Counted from the stretch's first letter, positions 1 to 13,350 are shown. The stretch: DNA of 64,000 nucleotides from Penicillus capitatus (GCA_965649825.1 OZ287702.1:124001-188000); one strand, 5' to 3'. A program made the numbers and translations. The notes: generated from the letters alone by a model not told the origin.

Positions 1-89
1 GGCCGGCACAGATGTTGTGTCCATTGCGAATCTACTAGAATTAAACACCACGCTTAACCAACAGTCCACGCGGTATCATTGCGAATTCG

Positions 90-1937
90 ATGGCGATGTT
101 TGCTTTGCCTCTGCGTCTGGTTCTCGCTCTGGGGTGCGTCGTCTGCGCGTCGTCTGCCTCCGTGACGGAGAGAACAGCGAACTATGACGTCAGCGCCGTG
201 CTGCAGGAGATGCCACCCATTCCTCACCGCATCGCGGCAATGACAAGAAGCATCAAGAGCGTGAGCAACTTCCGCCGCCCGCTGCCGACATTCTCAGAAT
301 GCATACAGTTTCGGCAAGCGACAAAGAGAGTCGTAAACAGCAGGGGAAGCTGTCGTTGGGACACGGCGAAGGACGCTTGTGTCGTCGGTTACAGTGCCGC
401 CGCCGACGTCTTCGGCAAATCAGGCAACGCTCAAGCACAATTTGTGGCCAACTACGAGGTGAACAGCGTCACTGCCAGCATCCTGGCCGCATCTGGATTC
501 CGTAGAGATGTCTCGCAGCTGTTGATGCAGAGGAGTGCGCAGCAATCTCCAATTGTGCATGGGACACGTTGATTCGTGCCCCTCCCTTATACCTGGCTCG
601 ATCGACGTTGTTATAGGGACTCACTGACATGTCACTTTCTGGATTTCTACACGGGTCATGAGAAATCGCCATGCGTTGTGGGAGCGGAAGGTTTCGTTCG
701 GCAACAAATTGCGAAAGAAACGTGTCGCCTGCACAAGTCCCAGCTCCCATGCATAACAGATCGCTCCTGTGAATGGTGTGTCTATCGCTGTCTCGGAGAA
801 GGGTTCGAGATGTCGGCCGTTACAGGAATCAAGAAGAGCTGTCGTGTGAGGCCTCTTTGTTTACGTTTTTTATCGGCGTTCCTATCAGCAAAGTGGTCGA
901 TGCTGCTCACGCGGTCTGCCGTATCTCCTTACCGACGCCTGTTTAGATTGCTTTCTTCAGGTGATCGGTCACAAGTCTACCGAACTGTTGTTTCGTTTCT
1001 ACACTTCCTTTGACCTCTTCGGCGAGAGCTTCGAACCTGCAGACATATTGGACTGGGAAATACCGGAAACGAGCTGCCCCGACTGGTCAGATCAGCTGGT
1101 AGAATAGACGGAGAGGGCAGGCACAGTGCATCACTTGGGATTTGCAGGTCTGCGACTATGCAGATGGCGTACTGTCGACGATGGCACAGTCCTATTACTG
1201 TGGCGCTAAGCACCAGGGTTTTCAGGGATTGCTGGAATGTGCCACAGATCCGCTGTGCGAACTGGATCCGTCTTCCTTTACCTGCAGACAGACAGACGAT
1301 TCCTTTCGTTCGGGAGTCTTCAAAGGAATTAAGGTCCATTTGTTTGCGATCTCGAGATTAGGCAACGTGATAGATGGGTGTCTGTAACAGACCGTTGTCT
1401 CAAAATACGTTCAGCTGCCTGTCGACAAGAAACTCTTGCTTCGATCCTTTGAGTGTGTAGAGATCGAAGAGAAGGAGAAGTGCACAAGTGCGACCCAGAC
1501 ATCGACGGGGATGTGCATTCTTAGGCTTTGTGCAGGTCCATGTGTGTGGGTGGCGGACAAGACAGCGCCGAATGAAACTGGAATCTGCGGGATTCCGAAC
1601 ACATGGAGCTACAATGTGGTTGCCGAGGCTGGAGATGACTCGGATCCTATCTGCAGAATGGCCAGTGCATTAGCGAAAACGAATTGCGTTGACATCACAG
1701 ATCCAGAAGCGTGTGATGCAGAACCCGACTGCACCTCCTTGTTACCCGGAAGTAACGCCTGCCTCTTCCCATGCTCTCTCCAAAGGAAATGTATGTTTTG
1801 TAGATTGCTGGGTATCTGTGGACTACCAGGCAAAAGATGTGGCAGAGACGGACAGCGATTTGAAAGCTGCCTACGATGAATTGGAGGCGGTGTGTTCCTC
1901 TTGCGAAACAGAAGAGGCATGTCATGGAAAGATGTAA
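90..1937 (+). CDS. Multi-exon secreted cysteine-rich protein of unknown function (paralog A)
   Basis: Signal-peptide-like N-terminus (MAMFALPLRLVLALGCVVCASS). Successive Cys-rich exons joined by GT-AG introns (CRWDTAKDACVV; CHFLDFYTGHEKSPC; QVCDYA...CATDPLC; AGDDSDPIC; last exon ...EEACHGKM*), each matching an exon of the gene at 14569-16405. Confidence 0.75.
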
Positions 1938-3318
1938 GATCGATCAGGCGGTGCGATAGGAAATGAGAAGCTCATGAAGAAGCACCACGTTGTTGTTCTG
2001 TCGCTTTTATCCTTCAGGTTTCCAGAAATCCATACAAGCCAAGATTGATTATGATCAAAATTGGTCCCTCGGGGGCGGGAGGGCCTAAGGCAGCGTACCT
2101 GATGTGGTTCACACATACATTTACTCAATGTAAAGTCGAGATTTATGCTAGTGTGTTTGGCTCGTATTTAAGCTTTTGGAAGAATCTTCCATGATTGGGG
2201 TTTTGCGGCACGATTCTAAATCTGCTTTGGTTACTGGCAGGTGGCGGCCGTCGATATTACGCAGTGAAGCAAGTATCACCTCGTTTGCTTTCTTCCTAAT
2301 TTATAGGCCGTTCGCACGAGAAAATCCATCTTTCTGATGGCGCCGAGTGATCTCTCGTGTAGTAGATCACTGTCGAAAATCCCGAGGTATCAATGCTCTC
2401 GATCCGTTCCTCTTCATCCGACGGCCGTCGCAAAATCTTCAATTACTCGGGCTGCATAGTGTATTGCACCGGTGTTATCTGAAAACTTTCTTGCTGTACA
2501 TAAGGAACTGTGATGGAGTTCGATAGCGGACTTGAAAGAATGTACAATCCTGCCTCCTCCAAGGTCGCTTCCGAAGCGATCAACCACCCTGATCGATGCG
2601 GATTTGTTATTCGACTTCTTATTTACGCCCGGAATGTTTTAAAGAAGTCTCTTTACATCGCAAGTGGGCAGAGCAGTTTCTGATATTCTAGGTTTGTTCG
2701 TGGATCTCCAGGGAGCTCCATGACCACAATGCGTTCGTGAGTTCATGCGCATTTGCTTCCTGTCCCGGTTCAATCTCCATTTCTGCGAGGATCTGTGTTC
2801 GATGCCTCCGCCCCGTCCAGTTTCGCGCACGGCCATAACACATCGCCCAGACACTGCGCTGTTAATGCCTTCCTGCAACGACCACTGCAAATCTGAGAGA
2901 GCACAAACAGACAATGGGGTGATCTCGCAACTGCAACAGAGCAAAAGGGTAGATGCATTGTGACCGAGCAACGGTCCTGAAGAGATGGATATCTTTCCGC
3001 TCGAGTGCTCGTCTCCGGGCGTCTTCCATGCATGGCTCCGGAAGGACGCGTCCTTACCTCCGCTGTCGAGATTCGTCGAGCAGTGCGAGGGAATGCACGA
3101 TGGAAGCAACCATGCGCACAGCAAATCGAGCGAGAGTCACAGAACAGGCAAAATCGTCGCAGAACGATGCTCGTCGACGACGCGACGCGATCGCATGGAC
3201 TCGACGGTTCGACTCCGAAACTTCCGCTTGGATCCGACAGGGTTTGGGGGTGGCGCAAAACGCCTTCAAAAATTGGATACGTATCCGGAGGTAATTTTGG
3301 CGCCGCTGATGCGGGGGT

Positions 3319-3525
3319 GCGAGAGTCCTCATGCCGGCGCAGACTCGATCGCTCGTGAGAGCGAGAGGGATCGATGCGCTAGCGAAGCCTCGATCGCGGG
3401 CGAGAGTCCTCGATGCCGAAGCAGAAGCCTCGATCGCCGCAGCGAGAGTCCTCATGCCGGCGCAGACTCGATCGCTCGTGAGAGCGAGAGGGCTCGATGC
3501 GCCGGCCGAAGCCTCGATCGCTGGC
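3319..3525. repeat. GC-rich minisatellite: ~39-42 bp monomers in a 123-bp higher-order unit
   Basis: gcgagagtcctcatgccggcgcagactcgatcgctcgtgagagcgagagg occurs at 3319 and 3442. Five monomers start with gcgagag and contain ctcgatcgc. Confidence 0.85.
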
Positions 3526-3715
3526 CCCGCGTTGACGAACGAAGTCGATCGTCAAGCGGCGCAAAATCTGCTCCATGGCCGGACATTTATGTCGGCGAAG
3601 CGAACTTCCGCTTGCGTCCGACATGGTGTATGTGACTCGTCCGATGTGACAGTCACTTCAGAGTTCGCAGTCCCATCGTCGACGCGACGTTCGCACGCCT
3701 GCGCGACCCACGCAG

Positions 3716-5857
3716 ATGACGTCGAACTCGCCGCCGTTCGTTCGGAAAGATGCCGTTCCCGAGAGCGAAGACGGCGACGACGAACCACTGTTGGAATTGG
3801 ACATTGAGGAGTCCGACGCCGTAAAGACGAAACTTTCGTCCTCGGACGATCTCCTTCTTCGACCTTTTCGTGGATGGCAGGAAGAAGCCGGGTCCGACGC
3901 ATCCCAGATGGAAAGCAGCATGGATTCGGAACCCTTCCAATCCCGCGATGCGGATTCTGAGATCGATCTCGATCTCGAAGCGGATAGACCGGGAGAGATT
4001 GGCTTATGTCGTTTCCATTGGACAGTCTAGCCACTTACACGGATCATTGCTTTAGTGGCCCAGCAGGCGAAGGTTTTGAGGAGGGAACTGGAGCGGACTC
4101 GGGCATCTGAGGATGAGAGCGAAGATGTTGCCGAGGACAGTCGTCTGCGATGGGGAAATCGTCGACAGTTCTACGGAACGAACGAACACGAAACGCAGGC
4201 AGCTGTGGATTCCATCTGTGTGTTGTCGTGACCGCAGAGTTCGATTTTTAGGGCGAGGACATGATAGAGGACATAGAAGAGACGCTCAAGCTTCAGAGAG
4301 TCGAACTGGAGCAACTACGCGATGCAGATTTCGACATTCCGACGGCAGATGCAACACAAGATCTGCCAACAGGTATCGATGAGGAAAGGCCAGATGCTGT
4401 CGCCGCTGGCGCCGATGGATTGACTTCCCTCTGCAAGGGTCTTAAAGAGAGTCTCGATGAGGTGCGATTCAAAATCGGTCCATTGCTTGCCGAGGTGCGT
4501 TTCCATTTGCCATCGCTTCTGTCCGTTCGTTGACTCTGGCGTACAGGCGAAGAAAGGAGGTCTGTGCACAGAGCAAGGACTGAGCTACTTGGAGGCGAAG
4601 CACCTGTTGCTCCTGCACTATTGTCAGTGTCTTGTCTTCTACGTTCTACTGAAGCTGGAAGGCGGATCTGTGAAAGATCATCCGGCAGTGCTCAGACTCG
4701 TCGAGATTCGCGCGTACTTGGAGAAGCTTCGTCCGTTGGAGGCTCGACTGCAGCCTCAAGTCGACAAGCTACTCAGAGCAGTTTCTGTGGCAGCACGAAC
4801 AACTGAAGGTGCGTCGTCTGTCGAGATGTCGTTGCCAACATCTGACCGGTGTGTCTCTCTCCCATCCAGACGCAGACGAAGAGGAAGAGAGTCTGGCTCC
4901 ACGCCCCGGAGAGCTTGTGCCCAGGATTGGAGATGGGGACGGAGCGTACCGGCCGCCAAAGTTGCATCCGGTGTCCATGGGCGACGAGATGACAAGAAAG
5001 AGGCGAAAGAGCAAACGGCAGAAGAAGGAAGCTGCTGAAGATGCCATGGTTCTGCTTCCGTCCTTACACGAGCACGACAGCGATCTTCTCAGGTTTCGGA
5101 AGTGGTCCGCGAGTGGACAGGCGCCCCCGAAGAGATCTCTTCCAGCATAACAGCGGCAGACCGAATGAAATCGATATTGACAGAGAGGCGCGAGGCGGAC
5201 TGGGCAGAGCTCGGAGAAGAGGCCTCTCTCAGTCGGCGCAACGAGAGCAGAGAGACGAAGAAACGAACGGTTTCTCATAAGCGATCTGACAGTGGTGGCA
5301 TGACGCCGGCTGGCATGTAGGCACAGGGAAAACCGAGTGCATTTGGTGGCGTCTCTTTCGAGGACTTCGCCGCCGATATGCAGAGCACCATCGACGCCAT
5401 TCAGGACGCATCGAAAGAGAGTCGCTTTGGTGTTGATGTCGAGAAGCAGACGGTTCCTTCAGGAGATGGCGACCTTCCTTTTCGCTATCCAAAACAGCGA
5501 GACGTCGCTGTCTCGAACGCGATCGTTCTGGATGACGACGTCGAGAAGGAGCCGATGCCGGCGTCGAAGAAGCTAAAGAAGATCTCCGAAAAGCGCACGT
5601 CTCATCCACCAAAGCTCGTGAAGAAGACAACAGGTCGCCGCGCCATCTCAGACGTCATACAAAAGAATCGAGGCCTGACGCCATTTCGCACGAGAGATCG
5701 CAAAAACCCGAGACGACGCCATCGTCTGCAGTTCGAAGTGAAGGAGAAAAGACGCAAAGGACAGCAGCAGCCATCGTTTTCGAAAGCGCCTGATCACTAT
5801 GGCGGCGAAATGACGGGCATCAGCAAGCGTGTGAAGAAGAGTGTCAGATTCGCTTAA
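3716..5857 (+). CDS. UTP3: Sas10/Utp3 small-subunit processome protein (multi-exon; 5' end uncertain)
   Basis: Sas10/Utp3/C1D domain (YLEAKHLLLLHYCQCLVFYVLLKLEGGSVKDHPAVLRLVEIRAYLEKLRP) and Sas10 C-terminal domain (KNRGLTPFRTRDRKNPR...YGGEMTGISKRVKKSVRF). Acidic N-terminus. Confidence 0.88.
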
Positions 5858-8296
5858 TTTGCATTTTGCTCTTTTGCCTACCCTGCGTTTTCCCGGCCTC
5901 GTTGTCGCGACCTTGCCTGGAAGATGGATCTGTCACTCGCGCGAGTGTGGCAATTGACGTCCGTAAAAGTCACGCATGTAAGGTGAGAGCATTACAGTCG
6001 AATTGCAAAAGGGTGACCGATTCCAGCACCCGTATCACTCCCACTGGCTCTCTCCACTGTTCCGAATCTAGAGTCAAAGATGTGACAGGAGCCACGGTGA
6101 TTACTGCACCTCATAGATCACCACAGTCATCTGCTGACGCGATATCTGCTGGGAGGCTGGCCTTGGATGTCTTCTGTTTTCCCTCGATCGCATAGATTCG
6201 TCTTCTCTGTAGAACTGACTCAGAACAGAAGGGGAAGATGTCGGAATACGTGTCCGATGTGTCGGAACGAGGGTCAGAGACCCCTTCAGCGGGCAGACCG
6301 TTATCCTCTGTCATCTCACCGTCATCACTCACTTCCTCATATCCTCTCGAATCCAGATCATCTGTTTAAATACAGGCAATATCATTCTGTAACAGGGTTT
6401 AGGTCTTGTCAGTTGCCGTCATCTAAAGAATCAATGCTTTCTTCAGCCTCTTCTATATTTTGCGCAAGATCAGAATAGTTAACAATTCGTCTGACAGTTT
6501 TGTGTTCTTTTCGGCGACAGAGGCGAACATTTCATCCAAACCATCCTCCATGTCCGCATGGTCACCCAAATCTAAGCTCTGCAAAGATTCGAGATCGTCC
6601 ATACTCTCCTCCTGCTGCAGGAATGATCTCTACTGATCGAAGCTGTCTTTTTCCCCGATGCTCTCGATTTCTTGAGATTCCTTGTCCGTTTGCCGTCCCT
6701 CTCTTTAGCTATTATGATATCCTGGACATCCATGATCTCAGTTCATCAAGAAGACCTCTATCCAATGGATCGCAAAGAAGCTGCCGTCGCATCTGAGTTG
6801 GATCTCGAAGCACGATGCCTTATAACATTGCTGAGAAATTAGTTTATTATTTGATCACACAAAGAAGAGATAGGACGGACACTAGGAACTGTCACTTATT
6901 ACGGTACGAGTACAGAGATGCTCGCGTAGCAAAATTAATATCGTCCAATATCAAGCCTTTCCATAAGAAGTGCCAAATACAGACCCTATGTAAAACACTT
7001 TCCGTCATTTATCCTTCTTTATACGTCAACTTTATTTAACACGATTACGTTTGGCAAAGAGCACGAAACACTCGAAAGTTCGCGATTCTTGTGGAGAGCC
7101 TTAGTTACAGGCAATGACTGTAGTGTGAGCATGGTGGAGAGGCAGATGGTGGATCGTACACTCCGACCGTTGTTAATCAGATAGAAACTTCACTCGAAGG
7201 TGTGTGGAAGCAACTATCACGTCACATTTTTAGGTTCGAGGGGTTTTCTTCATCCGAAGCCTAATGTTCTTCATTGATCTAAACGCTGTCGCGACTTCGC
7301 TATGATCTTTTGTTCATAAGAGTAAAACAATGATTCCATCGATGTCCCTTTGATATGCAAGCTAAGTAAACGTTTGGCCGTTGATTGCTGGACAGCCACT
7401 TGGCATACTTTCCTCGACTCGGACAATGACCGAGTACATCTTATTATGCATTGAACTCTTGACAGTTTCTGACACAATTTGCCACTCTTGTCAATGAGAA
7501 TCACGGTATTGAGGCTGTATTTTGTTGTCCTTCTTGCTCAGTTCTGCATCAAACCACTTTCAAATCGGCCAACTCTTCCACTCGCTTGCTTATCAAATCT
7601 TGACTTGTTCAACATTCCGTCTCTCCGCCAATGCACTGCTCTGTCTAAACATCCCTTGCTTGATCTGTACGTCATTATCCACCCACGCTTCCATTCATGT
7701 GTCTACAAAGGAACCCGCATGGTTAATCTTACTTAAACCCAAAAGCGTATCCCTAGGTAACCCATCTGTTAGGCATATTGGTGCATGATTGCCCGTTGAA
7801 GCAACATCGAATTGGAGGATGTTCGATCAAGAAGGTGCCCCTATGGTTACAACAGGGTCGTCAATGATATTTGCGAATGTGGACAGGAAAACTCGTCGCA
7901 TAAATCATATTTTCATTTAAACGCCCACGACATCAGAAATGTTCATTACAAGAGGCAAGGCAAGGAGACCATTCTATTAATAACCCATCTGTGATTCGAA
8001 AACGTTGACACGTCTGTTATTTATTGATGAGAAAGTGAACATGTCTATACAAAGTGTTTCAAAACAACAAACAGTATGATGAAAAATACCGCAGACTTTC
8101 CATAACCTTTTCCATTGTCCTTCTTGTCTGCACGAACTTCCATATACGGCAAAAAATAAGATAGTGATTATTTCATGAAACATACGAAAAAGCAGTCCGT
8201 GAATCACATGATGTCACACACAAAGCACTGCAGATTGTCGAAATGCATTCTATTCGAAACTGACGACGACGCTCAGCTCCACCTCACACCAAGTTC

Positions 8297-9379
8297 TTAA
8301 TAAAATTGACGACAGGGCTCTGTACTAGTAATGTTTTGTAAGTGGTTGTTTGCACATGGTTTGCGCCATCCATCGTAACAGAGACCTCTTGCAAGCACGG
8401 TAATTTGTTCGACCTGACTTAACCCTCGCAACGGATCGCACCCCATTCGGTGCATTGGTTTGTCGACGTTGAGTGGACTGAGATGTATGAGGAGTGGCAT
8501 GAGAACGACGACTTCTCGATCTCGGTTGAGGAATCGTAATGACGAATTGAGACTCCGCATTGGCGCAATAAGGATAATGATAGATGTGCTCTTCGTCGTC
8601 TGTGTGTTCGAGCAAAGCAGGATCGAGATCCTCCTTCGAAGAAAACTGTACGGAGCGGACCATCGAACGTAATCTTGCCTTTCGGATACTCCTCGTCTGG
8701 AAACAACATAACGACTCATGTCCAATACTTGCAAACAGCAAAAACGCACCTCTCGTTCGCGAGACACTTTCCTTTCGAGGCGCCTGCGAAGAGCAGCGGC
8801 CTCGTTGTCCTTGAGGATTACATCATTTGTTCGTGAACTGGTGTCACCGAGTTTGGATGTTGGTATGTGTTTGTTGTCTGCATGCATGTGCATTCTCTCG
8901 TCTTTCGCCAGAGACTTCTTTGACAGAGACTTCTTCGACAGAGATTTCTGCTTATCTCCTTTGACGGACAGTTCCTTGTCTTTCGGTTGTGATTTTTTCT
9001 TGTCGCTTGGAACGGTAGAACTCTTGTTCTTTGGGTGACTCTTCTTTTTGTTTTTAGACGAGGCTGATCCGCTGCGTTTGGGAGCAGGGGACCCAATCCT
9101 GAACCAATCGGGATCAAACTTGCTCGCCTGTCCACTGCCGGATGAGTAACTCGTTGTGCTTGCTGAAGCTACTGCCGAATTGCAGCCGCCAACGCAGTAA
9201 GAGGCCGAATACTGCGGGCCTCTTACCTTTATCGGCGCCAGCGAAGGCCACCCCGTTTCAGCATTCATTCTCAAGGCATCTATCCCCCTTCTCTTAGAAA
9301 CCAACGCATCCAGCGCTGAAAAGTCGGCGCGTCGTTCAAGGTAGTTTACAGCTCTCTGGCTGCCCGCTGAGGTGGACAT
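8297..9379 (-). CDS. Hypothetical Lys/Ser-rich protein, probably spliced at the 3' end
   Basis: Long open frame from MSTSAGSQRAVNYLE with low-complexity K/S tract. No recognisable domain. Confidence 0.45.
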   Translation of the reverse strand: MSTSAGSQRAVNYLERRADFSALDALVSKRRGIDALRMNAETGWPSLAPIKVRGPQYSASYCVGGCNSAVASASTTSYSSGSGQASKFDPDWFRIGSPAPKRSGSASSKNKKKSHPKNKSSTVPSDKKKSQPKDKELSVKGDKQKSLSKKSLSKKSLAKDERMHMHADNKHIPTSKLGDTSSRTNDVILKDNEAAALRRRLERKVSREREVRFCCLQVLDMSRYVVSRRGVSERQDYVRWSAPYSFLRRRISILLCSNTQTTKSTSIIILIAPMRSLNSSLRFLNRDREVVVLMPLLIHLSPLNVDKPMHRMGCDPLRGLSQVEQITVLARGLCYDGWRKPCANNHLQNITSTEPCRQFY

Positions 9380-9765
9380 CTTCCGCAGCTTACTAGACAC
9401 TTTTTTTGACTCACGGACCAAGACAGCACGCTCAGCACAGAACCGAAAACTGCGGAAAAATGTCCTTCTATTCGCAAAGAACAGAAGAAGACTCAGCGAG
9501 TTCGACGCGCTCACCGCGTTCGGCGTGAAATATGTGGTAGCGAGTAATGACGGATAATAAATACTTCAGGATGTTCACATGCTCTTAAATCCCTTTCTCC
9601 CTTTTGTCTATTTTCGTGTAGTCCTCTGAACCGTCTCGTTTACCGTTTTACAGCAGTACGCAGGGAGAATGATGCTCCTTTGCTTCGATAGAACAGTAAA
9701 TGCCGGTTCGTAAAATAGAGAGACATATATATCGCAGGTTTTTCAGCAGAAACATCCGTCAGCAT

Positions 9766-10984
9766 TTACTGCTCTTTCTTAGAACTTTGACTGGCTGTTT
9801 TGCATTGACGGTTTACAGAAACTGCATATCGCATATCCAGCTCGAACGCTTTGATGAGATCCGCCTATGCGTCGGCAGGATGATAGACAGAATGCTATTG
9901 GAAGAATGGAGAGTACCTTTCTGTACCTTCCTTTGGCAACTGTGCCATCTCCATAGATGTGTGGAATTCTGCCAATCTCTTCGCCTTTTTCGAACATGAC
10001 GAAACTTGGGACTTGTGGACTGGCCCCGCTCAAATCGATGCGGTATTCCTTGGCAATTCCTGGCCACCTAGACAGGTCTAATTTGGCAAATCTCAGATGC
10101 TCAGTCCGGTATCTGCACAGAAAGACGCTCAACGGTGCCGATATGAATCTGGGTCATGCGACACACCGATGCGAGATTTGTGCGAATACTGGTTCGAGGT
10201 GTACCGAAGCCGGTGACCATGCAGCGTAGAACTGAACCTGCACACAGTACAAAAGTACAGCGCGACAGACATAACTTGAGGTCCAACCAGCCACACGATG
10301 CCTGTATTCTTGCTGTCCGCGATGCACTTTCTCAGCACCAATGGCGTCATCCGTTCAATGTTGTCTAGAAATACCTCTGGAGATCACAGATTGTCCAAGA
10401 CACATACCTGGTCCTTGATATGGCTGTTGAGGACATGACAAAAAAATCACTAGACAAGAAAACCAAGCTTCGGCGTCTGTGTTTGCTCAGATATCCTTTT
10501 CTTACGGATATTCAATATCACGAAGTATGCAAAGATGCGCAGATCAATCTGGAACGTCAGGATGGCCATCGCTGTCTGACAGAGACGTCAATAACGTGTC
10601 GAGTATTGGAAGTCTGCTCGTCACTTTGCCATAGAGAAACAGCGTCGACAGGAATGCTTCCATCGAAGGAGCTCGAACATACTAAGTCCAAGACGGTCAA
10701 CAGGAATGGCAATTCGTCAATGCGTGAAGTGAAAAGTACCTTTATAGCGACGGCTGCCAACAGCAGTCCGGCAATTTGTCGCTCCTAACCGTCAAAGAAG
10801 ACAAGTCTGCGTACTTCAGCTAAACGAGCTGCACCCATTTTTCGAGTTCGGCATGATGATGGACTGTTCCGTATGGCGAGACGGGTTGTCCATAAAAATA
10901 CTGTCGGATCAAGATATAGGAGCACAGAAGCAGAGTATTCGCTACGTAGTATCCCGAAGCGAAGCGCCGCAGGCTGAAAGGCAT
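9766..10984 (-). CDS. TMX2: Thioredoxin-related transmembrane protein 2-like (multi-exon)
   Basis: N-terminal YYVANTLLL...IRQ and TM segments, then IVWLV and LRFAKLDLSRWPGIAKEYRIDLSGASPQVPSFVMFEKGEEIGRIP, typical of the TMX2 thioredoxin-like domain. Confidence 0.8.
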
Positions 10985-11259
10985 ATCTCGTGCGAACAAG
11001 TTTGAATGGCGGCAGATGTCCGACGTCACGTCGCTGTCGAAAACGTTACGAGTTGGCGAGACCATGACACTTGTTGATGTATTGTGCCCCTGTCTGGCGT
11101 GGTTCAAAGAATGGGCATCTTTCTCTAGAAGTCAAGGTTTTCTTCGACTGTTCCGAAATCGCGACGCTAAGAGTCGTATGTCGTCATCTAGGTTATCCCA
11201 CCGAGACGAATCCCGAAGGACATGAACATGAGACACCATGTCTGTTACCACCCAAAACC

Positions 11260-11577
11260 ATGCCACCGTTCTGTCCCACTCCGACGGAGGCGCACAGCGA
11301 CGGCAGCGATGCTGAGTGCGAAACACCCAGTCGACGATTCTTAATCAAGTCGACCCCGGAGCTCATGGTATCTCATTCATTTCGTTCTGGATGACATCCT
11401 TCCATGTCTGACCCACAGATCGCGGGCGTGAATAACTCCGTCTCAAAGTATCACCCAAGTCGGCCGGTGTTTCTTCGCACGACGCCGTTCAAGAAACGCA
11501 TCGAAGAGGAGATGCTGATGGAGGAGATCGCATTGACGCAAATCCGTCAGAGATCTCGCAAGACTCCGGATACATGA
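11260..11577 (+). CDS. Small two-exon hypothetical protein
   Basis: MPPFCPTPTEAHS...PELM joins in frame across gtatct...ccacag to IAGVNN...KKRIEEEMLMEEIALTQIRQRSRKTPDT*. Start uncertain. Confidence 0.4.
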
Positions 11578-11697
11578 GCCTGTCCCAATCGCAGCGATGT
11601 CCAGATGTCCCCTCATGCAAACGATCATGAATGCATCGTCACATTATTGAGTCGATTTTCCGGACGGCGGCGTTTATCGACTGCCTTTTCTCTTGCA

Positions 11698-12291
11698 ATG
11701 GAGACCACGATGCCAAAGCTCTTTGGCAAATGGAGTTTTGTAGACTTGCAAGTAACGGACATCTCGCTGGATGACTACATCGCCGTTCCTAGCGAATCGA
11801 AGCTGCGCTATGCCGTTTACGTACCCCACACGGCAGGGCAGTATCAGAAAAAACGCTTTCGCAAAGCTCAGTGTCCCATCGTCGAACGTCTTTCCTGTGC
11901 GCTCATGATGCATGGACGCAATAACGGAAAGAAGCTCCTGGCCACACGTATCGTCAAGCATGCCTTCGAAGTGATCCATCTCCTCACTGGCGAGAATCCC
12001 GTTCAAGTGCTCGTCACGGCGATCGAGAACTCGGGTCCGAGAGAAGATGCCACGCGTATTGGCTCTGCTGGTGTCGTTCGGCGTCAGGCCGTGGATGTAT
12101 CCCCACTGCGACGCGTCAATCAAGCGATCTACTTGATCACCACAGGCGCACGTGAAGCGGCGTTTCGCAACATCAAGTCTGTCGCAGAGTGTTTGGCTGA
12201 CGAATTGATCAATGCCTCGAAGGGGTCCTCAAACAGCTACGCTATCAAGAAAAAGGATGAGATCGAACGCGTTGCAAAGGCCAATCGCTAA
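11698..12291 (+). CDS. RPS5: 40S ribosomal protein S5 (uS7), intronless
   Basis: KLFGKW...[13 protein letters not shown]...NNGKKLLA...[31 protein letters not shown]...[11 protein letters not shown]. Confidence 0.98.
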   Translation: METTMPKLFGKWSFVDLQVTDISLDDYIAVPSESKLRYAVYVPHTAGQYQKKRFRKAQCPIVERLSCALMMHGRNNGKKLLATRIVKHAFEVIHLLTGENPVQVLVTAIENSGPREDATRIGSAGVVRRQAVDVSPLRRVNQAIYLITTGAREAAFRNIKSVAECLADELINASKGSSNSYAIKKKDEIERVAKANR

Positions 12292-12741
12292 AATGGGGAT
12301 CAGATGTGGCTTTTGCATCGTACACATCCTGTAACAGCGATTTCGGTTCTACTCAGCTGCGTCGCGAAAATGAATGGCCATGTGACGTTTAAGTTTAGAA
12401 TTGTCGAGGAAACGTTTGCCGCAGTTTTCGACGGGACAGACGAATTGCTTCTCGCCATGAATGTGCATGTGTTTGCGAAGTGACCCGACAGCAGAGAAAA
12501 CTTTTCCGCATCCTATGCCGCACACAAATGGGCGAGGACGTCAAAAAGAGTGAGAATCATGCCTGGATGCGGACAGTAGTACTCCATGAACCCACCTACC
12601 AAAATTTTGGTCCCATCCTTCCCTGTCATGCAGATGTCACATCAAACGGCGATCAGTTGAGTGCTTACGCACCGCGCTCGACGGTGACGGGGCGGTTTTT
12701 GCTGGCTTTGTTGCCTTCCGTCGGGACTCGGACCCATTTCT

Positions 12742-13350
12742 TCAAACGCAGTGGTGCCACGAACGAACTAACATGAAAAGCATGAGATATGGGTCTGTAG
12801 GTCTTGGGTCAGGCAGGACACACCGTTCGATGTCGACCCAATGCTGTTCCCATCTCCACGACTGAGTATCCTGTGCCGAGCGAAAGGCCTCGAGCATCTC
12901 GGAAGCACCGTCATCTTCCCCCTCCTCTGCCGGTTCGCCGCTGCTCGGCTCAGGAACGATGTCGGACGCGCGTTCGTCGTCATTTGTCGAAGCTTTCACC
13001 TCTTCTTCTACCCCCAATTCGGCATCGGATTTCGTCGTCCGGGGGCTTTCTTGAGCCGGATTTTCGGGGGCCAAGGCCATCGAACGGAGAACGATGTGAC
13101 CATACCCTTTTGCCGGATGTGACAGACGACTCTTGGCCAGGGACACAGCATTGGATAGATGTCGCGACGTGACCGATCGATGCGGCACGCGGGAGTAGAA
13201 TGGGAAAGGGTTGCGATGATGTCCTGATGCCTCTACTGCTGCATTTTCTCGCAGCATGGTATCTTCTTGCCTCCCTTTGTGCCATTCTGGGGACATTGCT
13301 GATCCCTCCGAGCGTCCTCCTGGCCAATAGGCTCTACTGGTGTTGTCCAT
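12742..13350 (-). CDS. Hypothetical protein with acidic middle region (probably continues through introns to ~12.5 kb)
   Basis: 202-aa ORF with coding-like composition and a plausible donor site near its 3' end. No recognisable domain. Confidence 0.4.
   Translation of the reverse strand: MDNTSRAYWPGGRSEGSAMSPEWHKGRQEDTMLRENAAVEASGHHRNPFPFYSRVPHRSVTSRHLSNAVSLAKSRLSHPAKGYGHIVLRSMALAPENPAQESPRTTKSDAELGVEEEVKASTNDDERASDIVPEPSSGEPAEEGEDDGASEMLEAFRSAQDTQSWRWEQHWVDIERCVLPDPRPTDPYLMLFMLVRSWHHCV

Noticed and set aside
2100-3110. Spliced minus-strand gene upstream of UTP3
   Set aside because: A gtaagg donor and several short frames exist, but no consistent, recognisable protein could be assembled.
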